DNA from: an uncultured delta proteobacterium
GTDB taxonomy: Bacteria > Desulfobacterota > Desulfobaccia > Desulfobaccales > 0-14-0-80-60-11
NCBI GenBank assembly: GCA_963812015.1
Contig: CAWETI010000002.1
Location: forward strand, 800,001 to 864,000
DNA: 64,000 nucleotides
Direction: 5' to 3'
In this document: positions 60,105 to 64,000 of the stretch, in pieces
Layout: each line of letters opens with the position of its first letter
Numbering within the stretch: the stretch's first letter is position 1
Made by a program: the position numbers and the translations under genes
Notes under the pieces: generated by a model
The model's database searches: none
What the model saw: only the letters and a program-made list of their open reading frames with translations
What the model was told of the DNA's origin: nothing

Positions 60105-60166
60105 TGTAGAGGCGGACCCATGTGTCCGCCCTGGATTGAGGGCGCACACGCGGGTGCGCCCCTACA
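60105..60166. repeat. REP doublet (REPIN-like)
   Basis: TGTAGAGGCGGACCCATGTGTCCGCCC and inverted GGGCGCACACGCGGGTGCGCCCCTACA; each is GTAG plus an imperfect palindrome. Confidence 0.75.
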
Positions 60167-60268
60167 GGAAGACGCTTTCCTTACTTCTCTGAGAGTGACA
60201 GGGTATACCACCAGCGCGGCGCACGCCTCGACCCCCGACTACCAGGCATGCGCCGCGGACGCGGTCTC

Positions 60269-61414
60269 CTATCCCGCCTCTCCTGACAGCTCCGACTGGT
60301 ACACCGGCAGATTCCGGGTGCCCCAATCGAAGATGAGAATGCCCCCCGCGATCAGAGACAGGGTGAGGATGATCTCGATAAACGACGGGAAGTAGCTGAA
60401 CTGCCGGTAGCCGCCGTAGCTGGTGAGGCTGACGTTGAAGCGGTTCAGCACCACCCCGAAGGCGGATAAGCCCGCGGCCCAGTAAAGGCCCTTAATCGAG
60501 CTACGCACCTCGGCAAAGGTCAGCAGGATGGCCGGCAGGGCCACGGTGCCGAACAGTTCCAGGTAAAAGAAGAAGTGGGGCCCGTCCAAGGCCCAGACCG
60601 TGGCCCCCCGGGCGTAGAGGTCGGTGACCTTCATGGCGAAGTAGACCAGCAGCGCCAGGCCCAGCCCCTTGCTGAATGAGGTCAGGAGCTTGACCTCAGC
60701 CTGGCGCTTGTAGGCCCAGGCGCTGATCAGGCTCTCCAGGATCACCACGCTCATGCCGCCGATCACCGCGCTGGCGAAGAACAGCGGCCCTATGGCCCGG
60801 CTGGCCCAGAGGTCGGACATCTTCTCAGGCATCATCAGGAACAGCGCCCCCAGGGAGGACTGGTGCAGGGTGGAGAGCATGACTCCGGCCACCACCAGGA
60901 CCAGGTAGAGGTTCCGGAGAAAGGCCACCCATTCATACTTTTTCCAGCGCTCCAGGGCCATGATGAAGATATCCACGCCCAGGACCGTGGTGTAGAGCAT
61001 GACGCACCAGGACACCTCAAAGAGCACCGAATGGGGATTCCACATCACCATGGGGTGCCAGATACGCCAGGGCTGGCCCAGGTCGAAGAACAGCCCCACC
61101 ACGAACACCAGGTAGCCGATGAAGGCCGAGAGCTTGGCGGGCCGCAGCAGCGGCTCGAACTTTTTCAGGTTGAAGATGTAAATGGCCGCGGCCATGGTGA
61201 AGCCGCCCGCGGCCAGGGCCACCCCGGAGAGCACGTCGAAGCTGATCCACAGGCCCCAGGGGTAGGCGTCGCTTAAGTTGGTGGTGGCCCCCAGTCCCAG
61301 GAAGAGTCGGGCCGCGCCCGAGATGAGGCCCAGCATCAGAATGACATAGAGGACGGCGCGCCCGGTGGTCAACTTCCCCTCACCCGGATACCATTTTTCC
61401 ACTTTTTCGGCCAT
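60269..61414 (-). CDS. NrfD/HybB-family membrane anchor of the formate dehydrogenase
   Basis: GLGATTNLSDAYPWGLWI, DLGQPWR, STLHQSSLG; paralogous to 3855-5000. Confidence 0.9.
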   Translation of the reverse strand: MAEKVEKWYPGEGKLTTGRAVLYVILMLGLISGAARLFLGLGATTNLSDAYPWGLWISFDVLSGVALAAGGFTMAAAIYIFNLKKFEPLLRPAKLSAFIGYLVFVVGLFFDLGQPWRIWHPMVMWNPHSVLFEVSWCVMLYTTVLGVDIFIMALERWKKYEWVAFLRNLYLVLVVAGVMLSTLHQSSLGALFLMMPEKMSDLWASRAIGPLFFASAVIGGMSVVILESLISAWAYKRQAEVKLLTSFSKGLGLALLVYFAMKVTDLYARGATVWALDGPHFFFYLELFGTVALPAILLTFAEVRSSIKGLYWAAGLSAFGVVLNRFNVSLTSYGGYRQFSYFPSFIEIILTLSLIAGGILIFDWGTRNLPVYQSELSGEAG

Positions 61415-61417
61415 GGC

Positions 61418-62227
61418 TCACTCCTCCTTGCCTTCCTGGGATTGCTGCTTAACTTCCGCCCGGCGCTGGTTGAGGTAGTGGAGGCCAACGGCCAGGCCGC
61501 CCACCCCCACCGCCACCCAGGGCACCTTGGACATCCACTCCCTGCCGTAGATGCCATAGGGGGTGTCTCCCAGGTCGGCGCGAAAACCCCGGTGGTCGAG
61601 ACCCAGCTCCTCGAAGGAAACGGCCGTAAGATAGATCTTGGAGGTGCCCCCCACGAGCTTCTCCCCGTAGACCTCGGGGTAGTACTTGTCAGGGTGGGCC
61701 CCGATGCGGCGGTGCGCCTGCTTCAACAGCTCCTCCCGCTCCCCAAAGAGCAGGGATCCGGTGGTGCAGGAGGTGGAGCAGGCCGGGGCCAGCCCTATGG
61801 CCAGGCGATCGGCGCAAAAATCACATTTGCGAATCAGGGGCACCGCCGAGCTCCACTCGAATTTGGGAATCTGAAAGGGGCAGGCCATCATGCAGTAACG
61901 GCAGCCGATGCAGCGGTCGTCATGATAAATCACCGGACCGCTGGCGAGTTTTTCCAGGGCCGCCACCGGGCAGGCGGTGACGCAGGCCGGATCATTACAA
62001 TGCATACACCGCCGGGAAATGAAGTGCCAGCTTACCTGGCCCCCGGGGTTGGCCAGCTCCCGAAAGATAATCCGGGTGAAGTTGTTACTGTCCAGGTATC
62101 TGGGGTTGCTCCAGGTTTCGCTGAACTGGGTGCGTTCGCCCGGCAGGTTGTGCCAGCTTTTGCAGGCCACCTGGCAGGCCCGGCAACCGATACAGCGAGT
62201 CGTATCGATCAACATGGCTTTACTCAT
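61418..62227 (-). CDS. Formate dehydrogenase 4Fe-4S subunit (FdnH/HybA-like)
   Basis: CIGCRACQVAC, CMHCNDPAC, CIGCRYCMMACP, CDFC; C-terminal TM. Confidence 0.9.
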   Translation of the reverse strand: MSKAMLIDTTRCIGCRACQVACKSWHNLPGERTQFSETWSNPRYLDSNNFTRIIFRELANPGGQVSWHFISRRCMHCNDPACVTACPVAALEKLASGPVIYHDDRCIGCRYCMMACPFQIPKFEWSSAVPLIRKCDFCADRLAIGLAPACSTSCTTGSLLFGEREELLKQAHRRIGAHPDKYYPEVYGEKLVGGTSKIYLTAVSFEELGLDHRGFRADLGDTPYGIYGREWMSKVPWVAVGVGGLAVGLHYLNQRRAEVKQQSQEGKEE

Positions 62228-62250
62228 GGCAGTCTCCCTCGTAGCCTACG

Positions 62251-64000
62251 TTAGACTTTTTGCACATCCACCAGGAAAACCTTGTATTCCGGAATCATGG
62301 TGTTGGCATCCCCCACCATGGGGACGAGCTGGTTGGCGGCGTAATTCTGCTGGCTATCGGGGCCGCCGGTGATCAAGCCCGCGAACCCGAAGTGCCAGGG
62401 CAGGGCCACCATCTCCACCGTATTCTGGAGACCCGGTTTGCCACAGCTAAAGGGGGCCACCCGGCGGGTCACATCGGCCCGGGCCCTCACCTCCCCCCGG
62501 ATGCTCTTGACCGTGACCCAGTCCCCCGCCTTGATGCCTTTGGCCTTGGCCAGGGAGGGGCTCATCTCCACGAACATCTCCGGCATCATCTCCGCCTGCC
62601 AGGTGAGGTTGCGAGTCATGGCCCCCGCCTGCCAGTGTTCCGTCACCCGGAAGGTAGTGGCAATGACGGGATACCTGGGATCGCAAATCTGGGCCACTCG
62701 ATCCATCTCCGATTTCCACACCTTCATGACCGGATTGGATTGCTGCGGCGACACCGGGTTCACGAAGGGACACTCCAGGGCCTCATAGTGTTCGGGCAAG
62801 GGCCCTTCCTTACAGAGCCCCCCGGGCACGAAGATGCGGCTCTTGCCTTCCGGGAGCATGATAAAGGGCGCCTTGGCCGATTCCTCGGGACCGAATTGCG
62901 CCTTGGTGGCGGGATCGATCCATTTGAAATCGGGAACATCCAGATTTTTCCAGGTTTTGGCCACCGGGTCCCAGGCGAACAACGCCTTATCCTTGTTCCA
63001 GGGCAGACCCTGGGGGTCAAGGGAACAACGGTTGTAGATAATCCGCCGGTTTACCGGCCAGGCCCAGGCCCAGGTGGGATAGAGCATCAGGCCGCTGGGG
63101 TCTTTTTTGTCCCGGCGGGCCATGAGGTTGTCCTTTTTGTCCGGACCGGGATAAGACCCGGAGTAGATCCAGTTGCCGCAGGCGGTGGCGCCGTCGTCCG
63201 TGAGCTTGGTGAAATTGGCCACCTGCTTCTTGTCCGCCACGGTGTAGCCGTTGATCTCCTTGGCCACCAGGTGGACATCGGGGTTGTCCCCGTAGTTCCA
63301 GTTCAGCTTGACGATGGGGTCGGGAAAGGCCGCCTTGGGGTCGGCCTGGTAGAGTTTCTTGAGCTCCAGGGCCAGCCGGTTGACGTACCACAGGTCGCTC
63401 TGGGCGTCCCCGTGGGGCTTCACCGCCTGGTAGCGCCACTGCAGCCAGCGGCCGCTATTGCTGACGCTGCCTTCCTTCTCCATGGAGTCCGCCGCGGGGA
63501 ACAGAAAGACCTCGGTTTTGATGTCCTGGGTCTTGGCCCCGGGGCGCTTCCAGAATTGGGCGGTGTCCGTCTCAAACAGATCAAAGGCCGCCAGCCACTC
63601 CAGTTTGGCCAACGCGCTGTAGGCCTGGGCCAGGTTGGGGGAGCTCACCGCCGGGTTCATGCCCCACACCAGCAGGCCCTTGATAGAGCCTTCCCCCATG
63701 GACTCAAACAGGGGAATCCAGGAGTACCCGGAGCCCTGATAGCCCTTGCCCACCTTGGGCAGGTAGTCATAGGCGAAACTGTTCTCCGGAGTAGCCCCAT
63801 CGCCCCAAAAGGCCTTGAGCAGGCTGACGAAGAACTTGGGCTTGTTGATCCAGTAGCTGGCCTTCGGGGTCTCTTTGTCCAGGTAGTCCTTCAGGGTGGG
63901 ATGGGCGGCTTCACTGGGAATGGCCATGTACCCCGGAACGATATTGAATAACAACGCCATGTCGGTGGAACCCTGGACGTTGCTCTCCCCCCGGAGGGCG
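62251..64000 (-). CDS. fdnG: Formate dehydrogenase-N-type alpha subunit, C-terminal part (5' end outside the window)
   Basis: ALRGESNVQGSTD, EKEGSVSNSGRWLQWR, WAWPVNRRIIYNR, GPLPEHYE, TFRVTEHWQ, GDANTMIPEYK. Confidence 0.93.
   Translation of the reverse strand, partial: ALRGESNVQGSTDMALLFNIVPGYMAIPSEAAHPTLKDYLDKETPKASYWINKPKFFVSLLKAFWGDGATPENSFAYDYLPKVGKGYQGSGYSWIPLFESMGEGSIKGLLVWGMNPAVSSPNLAQAYSALAKLEWLAAFDLFETDTAQFWKRPGAKTQDIKTEVFLFPAADSMEKEGSVSNSGRWLQWRYQAVKPHGDAQSDLWYVNRLALELKKLYQADPKAAFPDPIVKLNWNYGDNPDVHLVAKEINGYTVADKKQVANFTKLTDDGATACGNWIYSGSYPGPDKKDNLMARRDKKDPSGLMLYPTWAWAWPVNRRIIYNRCSLDPQGLPWNKDKALFAWDPVAKTWKNLDVPDFKWIDPATKAQFGPEESAKAPFIMLPEGKSRIFVPGGLCKEGPLPEHYEALECPFVNPVSPQQSNPVMKVWKSEMDRVAQICDPRYPVIATTFRVTEHWQAGAMTRNLTWQAEMMPEMFVEMSPSLAKAKGIKAGDWVTVKSIRGEVRARADVTRRVAPFSCGKPGLQNTVEMVALPWHFGFAGLITGGPDSQQNYAANQLVPMVGDANTMIPEYKVFLVDVQKV

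Overview
GC-rich bacterial chromosome segment; gene content and small-protein families suggest an anaerobic Desulfobacterota (Desulfobacca/Syntrophobacter-like) organism, which is an inference. From left to right: an intact IS110/IS1111-type element with a junction promoter and bridge-RNA-like 3' region; a Cys-type group 1c [NiFe]-hydrogenase operon (hybOABC + maturation protease, minus strand); a divergent control region holding two homologous unannotated leaders (promoter, strong SD, 12-codon uORF, in-frame UGA, GGU-loop hairpin 23 nt downstream) that look like selenocysteine-sensing leader peptides; a decayed substrate-binding protein, a double-UGA rhodanese remnant and an intact Cys rhodanese; a tRNA-Thr 3' fragment (att site); a lipid locus (B12 radical SAM, CerR-like SDR, PPTase, 2661-aa iterative PKS/FAS, bCerS-like GNAT); IS1380 scraps and an autotransporter barrel; a CheR/hybrid kinase/CheD-HDOD/HD-GYP signalling cluster; a sulfatase with its maturase; a polyprenyl-phospho-arabinose (DprE1/E2-like) cluster; MucR; a MITE; a Memo-CapA fusion and a DUF3160 gene; and the 3' part of a formate dehydrogenase operon with a HybA/HybB-type anchor. 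All family calls come from motif recognition, not database searches. Three single-base frameshifts in or beside short G/C runs may be sequencing artefacts.
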